A stretch of DNA of 64,000 bases, from positions 288,001-352,000 of the forward strand of contig CAVZVA010000002.1 in assembly GCA_963778655.1 (NCBI GenBank), given 5' to 3'. A program made the translations under genes and the position numbers. Of the stretch, positions 28,755 through 39,044 are shown in pieces (positions within the stretch are counted from its first letter, which is position 1; the number at the start of each line of letters is the position of its first letter). This DNA comes from an uncultured delta proteobacterium. Lineage in GTDB: Bacteria > Myxococcota_A > Polyangia > Polyangiales > JAFGIB01. Below the pieces are notes generated by a model. That model made no database searches. It saw nothing but the letters and a program-made list of their open reading frames with translations, and was not told the origin of the DNA.

Positions 28755-31393
28755 CCTGGTCGATGAGCCCGCGGCGCGCGCTGACGCACGAGCCCAATCC
28801 CGCGCTGAGGGTGCTCAACCGCTGGTTCTTCGACAAGATTCAAGTCGACGACGCCTGGGTGCGCGAGGTTCGCGAGATCTCGCGGCGCGGCACCGTGGTC
28901 TACATCCTGCGCAACCTGAACCTGCTGGACTATCTCGCGCTCGACCACCTGACCAAGCGCTACGACCTGCCGCCGATTCGCTACGTCAACGATCATCACC
29001 TTGGGGGCGTGCTCGGGCCCAGAAACGGCGGGCTGCTGTCGGTGCTGACCAGCTTCGCCCAGCCCGCCGAGCCCGATCAGCTCCGCCTGGCCGTCGAGCA
29101 CGGCGACTCGGCCGCACTCTTCCTGAAGCGTCCGCCAGGTGTGATCGACGTGGCCGCCGGCGCCAGCGGCGGACGCGGGCTCAAAGAGGGCGACGAGCAC
29201 ATCCGCACGTTGATCCGCGAGCAGCGCAGGAGCAAGACGCCGATTCTGCTGGTGCCCCAGGTGTTCGTGTGGACTAACCGGCCGGATACCCAGGGCACGC
29301 AGCTGCTTGACTTCGTGCTCGGCCCGCGAGAGTGGCCGAGCCCGCTGCGCGCGCTCTGGCAGTTCCTGTACAACTTTCGCCACGTCGAGCTCAAGGCCGG
29401 AGAGCCGCTCGACCTCGGCCACTATCTCGAGACCGAAACCGATTGCTCCGACGACGTGCACGTGCGCCGCATCATCTACGCGATGCTGCGCCGGCTGGAG
29501 CGCGAGCGCCGGACCGTGACCGGGCCCGCGCAGCAACGGCCCGACCGCCAGCGGCTGCAGGTGCTGCGCAGCCCCAAGCTGCAGAGCGCGATCACGCGCA
29601 TGGCCGGAGAGCGGGCGGAGGACCGCGCAGCGCTCAACCGGCGCGTGCTGGGCCTGCTGCGCGAGATGCAGGCCACACCCGACACCGCGACGATCAAAGG
29701 CCTCGAGGTGCTGCTCGACCGGGTCTTTCACCGCATCTACGCCGGCATCGAGATCGACCTGCCGGGCATGCAGCGCCTGCGCGAGCTCAACAAGGAAGCC
29801 TCGCTGGTGCTGCTGCCGAGCCACAAGAGCCACGTCGACTACCTGGTGCTCTCCTTCATCTTCAACGAGCGCAACCTGCAGATGCCGATGATCGCCGCCG
29901 GCGACAACCTGGCGTTCTTTCCGCTCGGCCCAATCCTGCGGCGCGCGGGCGGCTTCTTCATCAGGCGCTCGTTTCGCGGCGACAAGCTGTACTCGGCCGT
30001 GGTGGAGGCCTACGTGCGTCGCCTGATGCGCGACGGCTACACGCTCGAGATCTTCCTCGAGGGAGGACGCAGCCGCACCGGCAAGCTGCTCGAGCCGAAA
30101 TTCGGGCTACTGGCGATGATCGTGGACGCGGCCTTGAGCCTGCCCAAGCGCCAGGTGCTGTTCGTGCCGATCAGCATCGGCTACGAGCGCATCATCGAGA
30201 CCGGCTCGTACGGTCACGAGCTGACCGGCGGCGAGAAGCACAAGGAAGACGCGGCGGGTCTATTCAAGACCACCGAGGTGCTGCGTCACCGCTACGGTCG
30301 AATCGATGTGCAATTCGGCCAGGCGCTGTCGCTGGCCGAGATCCGGCGCGAGCTGCAGCTCGAGCCGGACGCGGAGCTGACGGCGGCCAAGCGACGCGCG
30401 CTGGTGATGCGGCTCGCGAACCGCGCGATGGACGAGATCAACTGCGTGACGGCGGTGACCCCGGGCGCGCTTACCGCGCTGGCGCTCCTGAGCGATCGCC
30501 GCAGGAGCGTGGCGCACGAGGAGCTGGTCGAGCGCTGCGAAAAGCTGCTTTCGGTGCTGCTGCACATGGGCGCGCGCGTGACCGCTTCGATGGTGTCCGG
30601 CACGGAGCTGCGACCCGAGGCGATCCGCGAGGCGGTGCAGATGTACGCCGAGGCCGAGCTGCTCGAGGCCTACAGGCCGGGCGACTCGGTGGCGCCGATC
30701 GAACGCCGAGTGCAGCGCTCGGGCGACGGGGTGGTGTACCGCATCCCCGAGCGCAAGCGGCTCGAGCTAGACACCTCGAAGAACCACATCGTGCACTTCT
30801 TCGTCGAACGCGGGCTGGTCGCCGTGGCCGTGCTGTATCGTCCCGGAGCGCCGGCAGCGGTGGCAGCGGTGCGCGAGCGCGCGCTGGGCATCTCGCGCCT
30901 GTTCAAGCACGAGTTTCGCTTTCGTGCCGATTGCAGCGCCGATGAGATCTTCGACTGCACCCTGGGCGCGATGCTGGCACGCGGGGAGCTGGCACGCACC
31001 GGCCGCGACTCGATCGAGGTAGGTCCGGGCGCAGACGGCTGGCCCGGCGTGGCGTGGCTGCAGCTCTATGCCTCGACGGTGCGCAACTTTCTGGAAGGCT
31101 ACCGGATCGCGGCGCGCGGGCTGGCGCAGCTGCTGCGCGGCCCTATGAGTGAGAAAGAGCTGCTGCGCCGCACGCTGGTGCTGGGCGACCGCATGTTCTT
31201 GAGCAGCGAGGTCGAGCTGCGCGAGGCGGTGAGCAAGCCGCTGTTCACCAACGCGCTCACCGCGTTTCGCGAGGAAGGTTACCTGCGCCTGCGCGAGGGC
31301 AAGTACGCGCTCACCGACTCCTTCGAGACGCCCGAGGCGGTGGCCGCGATCGAGGGACGCATCGCCGGTTATTGCACGAGCTTCACGGCGTGA
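28751..31393 (+). CDS. plsB: Glycerol-3-phosphate acyltransferase (PlsB-like)
   Basis: SHKSHVDY (HxxxxD), [31 protein letters not shown]. The GTG start overlaps the upstream TGA. Confidence 0.88.
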
Positions 31394-31403
31394 GGTGGCG
31401 GCG

Positions 31404-33167
31404 ATGACGGCCGCGAGACGCCGCGCCGTTCTGATTGCCGGCGGCTCGCTGCTCGCGGCGGCCGAATTGTGGGCTCCCGCGTTTCGCTCGCTGCAGGCGA
31501 CCGGGTTCGGCGACTGGCAGCTCTTCCACCACATGTGGGAAGCGGGTTTCGTCGCGCTCACGCGCTATCACGAGTGGCCGCTGTGGGATCCCTACCACTG
31601 CGGCGGCATCACCATCCTGGGCAATCCGGAGAGCCAGCACCTCTCGCCGCTGTATCTGCTGCTGGCGTTGCTGGCGGAGCCGACGCTCGGCAGCAAGCTG
31701 TTCCTGCTGGTACACGCGTGGGCCGGCTTCGCCGGCATGTACCTGCTTGCGCGGCGCAGCTACGGGCTCGGCGTGCCGGGCGCAGTGCTGGCCAGCCTGG
31801 CTTGGGCGGCGTCGGGTTTCTTCGTCTCGCACGGCTCGGGCGGACACATCACGTTCCTGCCGTTCTACCTCACACCCTGGGTGCTGCTGAGCTGGCGTGC
31901 GGCGGCGCGCGATTCGCGCTACGCGGCCGCGGTGGCGGGTCTGCTCGCGCTCACGCTGGCGGAGGGCGGCGTCTATCCCTTCCCCTACCTGCTGTTGTTG
32001 CTGGCCTTCGACACCGCGTTGCGCGCGCTGGAGGGCGAGCGGCCGCGGAACCTGCTGCGTGCTGGTTTGTGGGTGCTGCCGCTGACGGCCATGCTGGGCG
32101 CGATACGCCTGCTGCCGATCGCCGACGAGCTCGACCGCAGCCCGCGCACGACGCGAAACGTAGACGGGGTGTCCTTGCGCGAGGTGCTGGAGATGCTCAC
32201 CGCACGCCAGCACGCCTGGCGTTACACGGGACACGATTTTGTGTGGCCGGAGTACGCCACGTACGTCGGCTACGGCGTCCTGTGTTTGGCCGCGGTCGGT
32301 TGCCTGCGTGCGTGGCGCAAGCCCTGGCCGGGCGCCGCCGCGGGCCTGCTGGTGTTCCTCGGTCTGATGATGGGATTTCACGGGCCCGCTTCGCCTTGGT
32401 CACTGGTACACCACCTGCCGATCTACGACTCGCTGCGCGTGCCGTCGCGCTTCGCGGTGTTCTTCACCTTCTATCTCGCGCTGCTGGCGGGTCGCGGCCT
32501 GGACGTCACGGCCGCGTGGCTGCAACCGCCGAGCGCAGGCGTCTGGCTGAAGCGCATCGGGATCGCCTTGCCCTACGTAGCGATCGCGGCGATCGCGTTC
32601 GACATGCGCAAGGTGCACAGACCGACGCTCGACCGCTGGACCGAACCGCCGGTGATCACCGATCGGGTCTCGCCGCGCTACTACCTCAGCCCCCTACCCT
32701 ACGGCACCTACTACGCGAGCTTTCCACGCATGAATCTCGGCTCGGCCGGCTGCTACGAGGGGATGACGTTCACACCCGCCCGCGGCCTGTGGACAGGCGA
32801 CCGCCCGCAAGCGCGGCTGCTGCAAGGCGCCGGCACCGTGAGCGGCTTCGGGCGCACCACGTCGCGAGCCTGGGTCGATGTGACGCTGAAGGGGGCGGGC
32901 GCAGTGCTGTTCGACCAGAACTACGACCGGGACTGGGAGAGCTCCGCAGGCAGCGTGGTCGACCACTTCGGCATGCTCGCGGTCGAGCTGCCGGCCGGAA
33001 CCTATCACCTGACGCTGCGCTACCTCCCGCGCACCCTGCTCCCCGGCGCCATCCTGAGCCTGCTCGGCGCCCTCCTCGCCCTCGCCCTGGCCACCGGCCG
33101 CCTACCCCGTCTCAAGCGGCGAGGTCCGTGGTCACAATCGCGACCTGGCCCTCGGTCGTCCTCGTAG
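31404..33167 (+). CDS. YfhO-like polytopic membrane protein (putative GT-C glycosyltransferase)
   Basis: PLWDPYHCGG, AGMYLLAR and SLRVPSRF motifs. Many TM segments, a soluble C-terminal domain (QNYDRDW, ELPAGTYHLTLRY) and a final TM. Confidence 0.75.
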   Translation: MTAARRRAVLIAGGSLLAAAELWAPAFRSLQATGFGDWQLFHHMWEAGFVALTRYHEWPLWDPYHCGGITILGNPESQHLSPLYLLLALLAEPTLGSKLFLLVHAWAGFAGMYLLARRSYGLGVPGAVLASLAWAASGFFVSHGSGGHITFLPFYLTPWVLLSWRAAARDSRYAAAVAGLLALTLAEGGVYPFPYLLLLLAFDTALRALEGERPRNLLRAGLWVLPLTAMLGAIRLLPIADELDRSPRTTRNVDGVSLREVLEMLTARQHAWRYTGHDFVWPEYATYVGYGVLCLAAVGCLRAWRKPWPGAAAGLLVFLGLMMGFHGPASPWSLVHHLPIYDSLRVPSRFAVFFTFYLALLAGRGLDVTAAWLQPPSAGVWLKRIGIALPYVAIAAIAFDMRKVHRPTLDRWTEPPVITDRVSPRYYLSPLPYGTYYASFPRMNLGSAGCYEGMTFTPARGLWTGDRPQARLLQGAGTVSGFGRTTSRAWVDVTLKGAGAVLFDQNYDRDWESSAGSVVDHFGMLAVELPAGTYHLTLRYLPRTLLPGAILSLLGALLALALATGRLPRLKRRGPWSQSRPGPRSSS

Positions 33168-33366
33168 CCGCCCGCGCTACCGCGGCGCCTTCCCCCATGC
33201 TATCGCTAGTGCGGCGTCCGCGAGATGGGATCAGGGATCGTGAGTGAGGTGGGTCCGAGCGCAAGCCGCCGCAGCGCAGGAATACGCCGTGTATTTCAAG
33301 CTGTGGCAACGCCGCGATCGGGCCGGCATCGCTCGCGAGGATTGATTCTATCTCGCGGACGCTGCA

Positions 33367-33538
33367 CTAGAGCACCGAAACATAGTGAAACACGCACGAT
33401 TTCGGGGCCCTCGCGGGCGCATGGCACGCGCGCTCCCCGCTCGACGCAGGATGTACTACGCCTTCGGGCTCCCGCCCGCACCCTGCATCCCGCCATGACC
33501 CCGACTTCGCACACGTTCCAATATGGTCGGTGCTCTGG
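33367..33538. mobile_element. MITE-like element, copy 2 (172 bp)
   Basis: Same orientation and near-identical core to 18971-19141, with more degenerate terminal repeats (ctagagcaccga ... tcggtgctctgg). Confidence 0.8.
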
Positions 33539-33727
33539 TCCCCTGGAACCGTGATAGCTGTGCAATATCGGCGCGGAATCGGCGTTGCTCGCAAGGCGCG
33601 CGACGCAGGAACGGTAGGCCCCCTTTCAAGGAGCGCAACGCCGCGAGCAGCGTCGAGGGCGTGTCGAGATTGCGCAGAAATCACTGGTCCAGGAGACTAG
33701 CCGTTCGCAACCCCCGAACCCCGGCGT

Positions 33728-34384
33728 ATGCGCGCGATCCGGCACGTCATCTGGGACTTCAACGGCACGCTGCTCGATGACGTCGATTGCTGCGTCGACA
33801 CGCTGAATACCCTGCTGATCGAGCGCAACTTACAGCCGATCTCGCGCGCGCAATACCGCGCGCGCTTCGGGTTCCCGGTGCGCCCCTTCTACGTCGAGCT
33901 CGGCTTCGACTTCGAACGCGAGGACTTCGAGCGGGTCGCCGGCACCTACATGGCGCGCTACGCAGAGCGCATCGCGGCCGCCGGCCCCCAGCAGGGCGCG
34001 CACGCCGCCCTCACCGCCGTTCGCCTCCGCGGCGCCGGCCAATCCGTGCTGTCCGCGATGGAGCACAGCCTGCTGCAGCACCTGCTGCGGCACTTCGACT
34101 TGCACGAGCCCATGACCCACGTGCGCGGGCTCGACCACAACGGCGCCAGCTCCAAGGTCGCCCTGGGGCTCGCGCTGCGGCGTGAGCTGCCGCTCGAGCC
34201 CGACGAGCTGCTGCTGGTCGGCGACACCCTGCACGATCACGAGACCGCGCGCGCGCTGGGATGCCGCTGCCTGCTTTTCGCGCACGGACACCAGGACCCC
34301 TCGCGTCTTTCCGACAGCGGGGCTCCCGTGATCGAGTCGCTGGCTCAAGTCGCCGCCGCGATCGACGAAAGCGGCGCTGCATGA
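33728..34384 (+). CDS. HAD-family hydrolase
   Basis: IWDFNGTLLDD, VLSA, SSK, VGDTLHD. Confidence 0.92.
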   Translation: MRAIRHVIWDFNGTLLDDVDCCVDTLNTLLIERNLQPISRAQYRARFGFPVRPFYVELGFDFEREDFERVAGTYMARYAERIAAAGPQQGAHAALTAVRLRGAGQSVLSAMEHSLLQHLLRHFDLHEPMTHVRGLDHNGASSKVALGLALRRELPLEPDELLLVGDTLHDHETARALGCRCLLFAHGHQDPSRLSDSGAPVIESLAQVAAAIDESGAA

Positions 34385-34418
34385 AGGGCACCCCGTCACG
34401 CGTCGAGGCCTCCTTCGC

Positions 34419-34510
34419 CACAGGGCAACCCGCGAGCGCAGCGAGCCTCGCGGGGGGGTGGGGGCCCAACGGCTTTGCCGGTGGGGCGGGGAGAACGCGT
34501 GCCCTCCCCG
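34419..34510 (-). repeat. Diverged inverted copy of the 87-bp palindromic unit found at 23816-24039
   Basis: The reverse complement reads cggggagggcacgcgttctccccg ... ccgcgaggctcgctgcgctcgcg, with the same hairpin order as cgggagggtcacgcgaccctcccg ... ccgcggggctcgctgcgctcgcg. Confidence 0.65.
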
Positions 34511-34523
34511 ATCGGGAGACCCC

Positions 34524-36143
34524 ATGAAGGTGCTGCGCTTCGTGCTGCGCTCGGCCGGGCCGGCCGCGCTCGCGATGGGGGTGCTCGGCGCCGCCGGCGC
34601 GGCCTTCAACGGCGGCCTGATCGCGGTCGTGCACCATGCGCTCGGCGCGCAAGGGCAGCAGCGCATGCTCGCGCTCGCGTTCGTCGGGCTCGGCCTCGGC
34701 AAGCTGGTCACCGCGTACGCCTCGGGACGCATGGCCGACGCTTATGCGCAGGAGTCGGTGGCGGAGCTGCGACGCGAGCTGATCGGCAAGCTGCTCGACG
34801 TCCCGTACGCGCGCTTCGAGCAGCTCGGCGCGCCACGCGTGCATGCGGCGCTGACCAGCGACGTGTCGATCATCAATGCCTCGCTGCAAGCCAGCGCCCA
34901 GGCCGTGGTCAACCTGGCCATCCTGATTGGCGCTACGGTCTATCTGGTGTACCTCGACCCGCGCGCCGGTCTTGCCCTACTCGCGCTGGCCGGCCTGTGC
35001 TTTCTGGTGTACCGGGCGACCAGCCGCAACGCGCGCGCGCTCTTGTCGCGCGCGCGGGCGGAGCACGACCGGCTGTACTCCCTGTTCGCCGCGCTGACCG
35101 ACGGCATCAAGGAGCTCAAGCTGCACGCCCGGCGCCGTCGCGCCTTCGTCGACGGGCCGTTGCTCGAGGCCACCGAATCCATGCTCGAGCACGACCTGCT
35201 GGGTCACTCGCGCTATCTGTTGGCCCAGGGCGTCAACGGGCTGCTGCTGCTGACGATGATCGGTTTGGTGCTGTTCGCACTGCCGCTGCCGCACGATGCG
35301 CGCGGCGGGCTGGTCTCGGGCTACGTGCTGACCGGGCTGTATCTGCTCGGCCCGCTGACCGCGCTGTTGCGCTTGCTGCCGGTGTACACCGCGGCCGAGA
35401 TCGCGCTGCGGCGGATCGAGGAAGTCGGCGTACGCCTGGACGCCGCGGACCCCGAGCACGACGCCGATCCAGAGCAGCAACCAGGGTTCGACAGCCTGGA
35501 GTTGTGCGCAGTCACGCACCTCTACGAGGGGCCGCGCGGCGGTTTCGAGCTGGGACCGATCTCGCTGCGCATCGCACCCGCCGAGATCGTGTTCGTGACG
35601 GGGGGTAACGGCAGCGGCAAGTCGACGCTGGGCAAGTTGCTGACCGGCCTGTACGCGCCGGGATCGGGCGAGCTGCGCTGGGACGGCCGTGCGGTGGGGC
35701 CGGAGCAGCGCGACAGCTATCGCCAGCTGTGGAGCGCGGTCTTCTCGGAGCTGCACGTCTTCGATCGCCTGTACGGGCTGCCCGGGCGCGACCTCGACGC
35801 ACGTGCCAATGCCTGGATCGCGGAGCTGGGGCTCGCGGGCAACGTGCGCGTCGAAGGCGGCGTGCTGTCCTCGGTGGACCTCTCCCGAGGTCAGCGCAAG
35901 CGCCTGGCACTGCTCACCGCGCTGCTCGAGGACCGTCCGATCTATCTGTTCGACGAGTGGGCGGCCGATCAGGACGGCGAGTTCAAGCAGGTCTTCTACC
36001 GGCGCCTACTGCCGCGGCTCAAGCAGCGAGGCAAGGCGGTGATCGTGATCACGCACGACGATCGGTACTACGGGGTGGCCGATCGATTGATCGAGCTGGT
36101 CGAGGGCAGGCTCGCCGAGGTCCGGCCCGCGGCCGAGGCGTAG
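34524..36143 (+). CDS. Cyclic-peptide export ABC transporter (SyrD/PvdE/YojI family)
   Basis: GIKELKL, GGNGSGKST, AVFSELHVF, LSRGQRKRLAL, LFDEWAADQD, ITHDDRY. Confidence 0.93.
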   Translation: MKVLRFVLRSAGPAALAMGVLGAAGAAFNGGLIAVVHHALGAQGQQRMLALAFVGLGLGKLVTAYASGRMADAYAQESVAELRRELIGKLLDVPYARFEQLGAPRVHAALTSDVSIINASLQASAQAVVNLAILIGATVYLVYLDPRAGLALLALAGLCFLVYRATSRNARALLSRARAEHDRLYSLFAALTDGIKELKLHARRRRAFVDGPLLEATESMLEHDLLGHSRYLLAQGVNGLLLLTMIGLVLFALPLPHDARGGLVSGYVLTGLYLLGPLTALLRLLPVYTAAEIALRRIEEVGVRLDAADPEHDADPEQQPGFDSLELCAVTHLYEGPRGGFELGPISLRIAPAEIVFVTGGNGSGKSTLGKLLTGLYAPGSGELRWDGRAVGPEQRDSYRQLWSAVFSELHVFDRLYGLPGRDLDARANAWIAELGLAGNVRVEGGVLSSVDLSRGQRKRLALLTALLEDRPIYLFDEWAADQDGEFKQVFYRRLLPRLKQRGKAVIVITHDDRYYGVADRLIELVEGRLAEVRPAAEA

Positions 36144-36376
36144 CGAGGTCAAGCCGGGCTGTGCGGTCAAGACAGGAATGGGCTGCCGAGGACGACTGGG
36201 GCTACGGCTACGAGCGCGCGGGCAGGGCCGGGACTACGGCCGCTGGGGGCCGGTGAGCAAGGAAGTGCGCGGGGCCCGGGGCAGCGCGGTTGCATCGCCC
36301 GGAGCGTGGGCGGCTGCTATGCTACCTTTGGAGATAGGTTGCTCGGATTGGCGCAGCATGTGGGTGAAGTGAGGCG

Positions 36377-37081
36377 ATGGTGCGCGCTTTCTTAGTCGTC
36401 GCTTGGTTGTCGATGCTCGGGCTGCTCGGCTGTAGCAACGGCACGAACGCGCCGGGTTGCGTCTCAGGGCAGCGCACGCTCTGCGCCTGCGCGGACGGCA
36501 GCTCCGGCGTGCAGACCTGCTTGATCGACAACAGCTACGCAGCCTGTGAGTGTGCCCAGCCCACCACCGGCTCGCCGGCGCAGGGCGCGACCGTCTCGCC
36601 ACCGGCGACTGGGGGCGGCGCCGCGCCGCCGGTGGCGGGCCAGGCGGGCACCGGCGGCAGCGCACCGGGCGGACCGCCGGCCGGCAGCGGTGGGATGGGC
36701 GCTACGGGCGGCAGCCCGGCGACGGGCGGCGTAGGGGGCGCCGGTGGACGCTCGGGCGCCGGCGGCGGAGCGGCAGTCGCGCCCGCCGACTACGGCTACT
36801 GCACGATGACCTCGCAGTGCGCCGCCGGAGCTGCGTGCGCGATGCCGAGCAACGGCCGCGGCGGCGGGGGGAATGCTCCAACCGCGGGCTATTGCAGCCC
36901 TCCGTGCTCGGCCGGGCGGCAGTGTCCGCAACCGCAGGGCGGCAGCGTGACCGCCAACTGCATCGCCGGGGCATGCTTTCTCGGCAGCTGCCAGCAGGCC
37001 GACTGTCCCACCGGCATGACCTGCATCGAGACCAAGCTCGGGCCGACGTCGGTGTTCAGCTGCGAGTATCCGGCCAGGTAG
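36377..37081 (+). CDS. Cys/Gly-rich lipoprotein
   Basis: Lipobox LLGC. N-terminal CVSGQRTLCACADGSSGVQTC module, Gly-rich linker, Cys-rich C-terminal module. Confidence 0.8.
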   Translation: MVRAFLVVAWLSMLGLLGCSNGTNAPGCVSGQRTLCACADGSSGVQTCLIDNSYAACECAQPTTGSPAQGATVSPPATGGGAAPPVAGQAGTGGSAPGGPPAGSGGMGATGGSPATGGVGGAGGRSGAGGGAAVAPADYGYCTMTSQCAAGAACAMPSNGRGGGGNAPTAGYCSPPCSAGRQCPQPQGGSVTANCIAGACFLGSCQQADCPTGMTCIETKLGPTSVFSCEYPAR

Positions 37082-37208
37082 CGCGACCACGGCGAGCGCC
37101 GCCGCGGTGCGCGCACCTGAGCTCGTGTCGCACGCTCTACGCCAAACCGAGCGGCGGATTCGAGCGTTGGTCACGCAGCGCGTGCGCCAGTGCGATAGAC
37201 TCTGGTGC

Positions 37209-39044
37209 ATGAGGGCTTCGGCTTTTCGATGGGGCGCGTGCGTCGTGCTGGCGTGCGCAATCGGCGCGTGCGGCGGCAAGAAGAACGGCCCCGCCGAAGG
37301 CGTTTCCGCCGGCGGTATGAAGGACGGCGGACCCAAGACCATGAAGAAGCCCGACGCTGGTGCTGCAGACGCGAGCGTCAAGCACGATGCGAGCGCGCAG
37401 AAGGACTCGGGGCCCAGCGACGCGGGCAGCGACGGCTCCAGCTCCAACCCGTTCGATTACGACGCTTCCGGCGACTACACGATGTACATGGACCCCAATG
37501 CGGACGCCGGTCCTCCGCCCGACGCGTGGAGCTGTCCGGCCGCGATGTGGGCCGACGGCACGTGCGACTGCGGCTGCTCGGTCGCCGACTTCGATTGCAA
37601 GAACCGCCCCACCGGTTGCATCGATCCCGGGTGCGTGCCGCAGAACGCCAACAATTGCGACGCGTGCTTCACGCTCAGCGGATCCTGGAAACCGTGCACC
37701 GCCGATCCCGACCCGCAGGACTGGAGCTGCGATCCGCTGCAGATGGCCGACGGTCTGTGCGACTGCGGCTGCGGCATCGCCGATCCGGATTGCTTCGGCC
37801 AGGGCTGCAGCGAGCCCGGTTGCCGCACGCCCAAGTGCGACGTGCGTCATGGTTGCAGCGCGGCGCAGATGACGGCCGGCGACGACTGCTCCACGGTCAA
37901 TCCGACGCTGCTGACCGGAGGCGCCTGGAAGTGTCCGTGGGACCGCTACGCCTCGGGCGACGGCTGCGACTGCGGCTGCGGCGTGCCCGACCCCGACTGC
38001 GCGAACGGAGGCGGCTGCACCGCGGGCCGCTGCTACGAGGCGTCGTGCGACCGCTGCAGTGACGCGCAGGGCCGTCCCTATTCCTGCGATGCCGCGCAGG
38101 CCGGCTGGGACGACGACATCGTGGGCGACTCGTCGAGCCAGGAACCCTCGCAGTGCAACGGCACGCACTTCGGCACCGGCGACGGCTGCGATTGCGGCTG
38201 CGGCGGCCACGATCCGGATTGTGGCTCGGCCGGCTGCGACCTACCCGGTTGCATGCCGAACGACGGCTGCGACCGCTGCACCGACGCGGTCTCGCTGCGG
38301 CCGAGCGGCTGCAACGTGCCCTCCGGCTGGACCTGCGACGCGAAGCACTTCGGCACCGGCGACGGTTGCGACTGCGGTTGCGGCGCGCACGACCCGGACT
38401 GCGGCAGCGGCAACGACTGCACGGGCGCAGGCTGCACCGCGGACGGCTGCGACGTGTGCAACGACGGGGCCGGCGGCTACGTGCAGTGCCCGGGCTGGAC
38501 CTGCACCACCAATGCCAGCGTCGGCGCCTTCGGCGACGCCGTCTGCGACTGCGGCTGCGGCGTGATCGACCCGTTCTGCCGCGACACCGGTCGCGTGAGC
38601 TGCACCGGCGCGGGCTGCGAGACCGCGGCCTGCCAGAATTGCAATGACAGCGACGGCAACCGCACCGCCTGCGGCGGAGAGTGGACCAGCAACCAAGGCG
38701 GCGCCAGCAGCGCGTGCAACCTGCAGAGCTACGGTCTGGACGGCCTGTGCGATTGCGGCTGCGGGGCGCACGACCCCGACTGCGGCAGCGGCAACGACTG
38801 CACGGGCAAGGGCTGCGTCGCCGAGGACTGCGACGTGTGCCACGACGGGTCGCTGCTCAAGGTCTGCACGCAGTGGACCTGCGATGCGAGCGCATACGGC
38901 ACGGGCGACGGTTGTGACTGCGGCTGCGGGGCGCCCGACCCGGACTGCGCCGGGGGTGGCTGCACCCAACCCGGGTGCAAGGACAAGGCTGGCAAATGCG
39001 ACACCTGCCACGATCCCTTCGGCCGCCCGGTGGCATGCCCCTGA
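37209..39044 (+). CDS. Lipoprotein with eight WxC..GDGCDCGCG..DPDC cysteine-rich repeats
   Basis: Lipobox IGAC. Eight CDCGC-centred repeats counted by eye. Confidence 0.88.
   Translation: MRASAFRWGACVVLACAIGACGGKKNGPAEGVSAGGMKDGGPKTMKKPDAGAADASVKHDASAQKDSGPSDAGSDGSSSNPFDYDASGDYTMYMDPNADAGPPPDAWSCPAAMWADGTCDCGCSVADFDCKNRPTGCIDPGCVPQNANNCDACFTLSGSWKPCTADPDPQDWSCDPLQMADGLCDCGCGIADPDCFGQGCSEPGCRTPKCDVRHGCSAAQMTAGDDCSTVNPTLLTGGAWKCPWDRYASGDGCDCGCGVPDPDCANGGGCTAGRCYEASCDRCSDAQGRPYSCDAAQAGWDDDIVGDSSSQEPSQCNGTHFGTGDGCDCGCGGHDPDCGSAGCDLPGCMPNDGCDRCTDAVSLRPSGCNVPSGWTCDAKHFGTGDGCDCGCGAHDPDCGSGNDCTGAGCTADGCDVCNDGAGGYVQCPGWTCTTNASVGAFGDAVCDCGCGVIDPFCRDTGRVSCTGAGCETAACQNCNDSDGNRTACGGEWTSNQGGASSACNLQSYGLDGLCDCGCGAHDPDCGSGNDCTGKGCVAEDCDVCHDGSLLKVCTQWTCDASAYGTGDGCDCGCGAPDPDCAGGGCTQPGCKDKAGKCDTCHDPFGRPVACP

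Noticed and set aside
38829..39011. CxxCH motifs (CDVCH, CDTCH) suggesting a c-type cytochrome
   Set aside because: The equivalent position in the other repeats is CDRCS, CDRCT, CDVCN or CQNCN, so His is not conserved and the cysteines are more likely disulfide-bonded.
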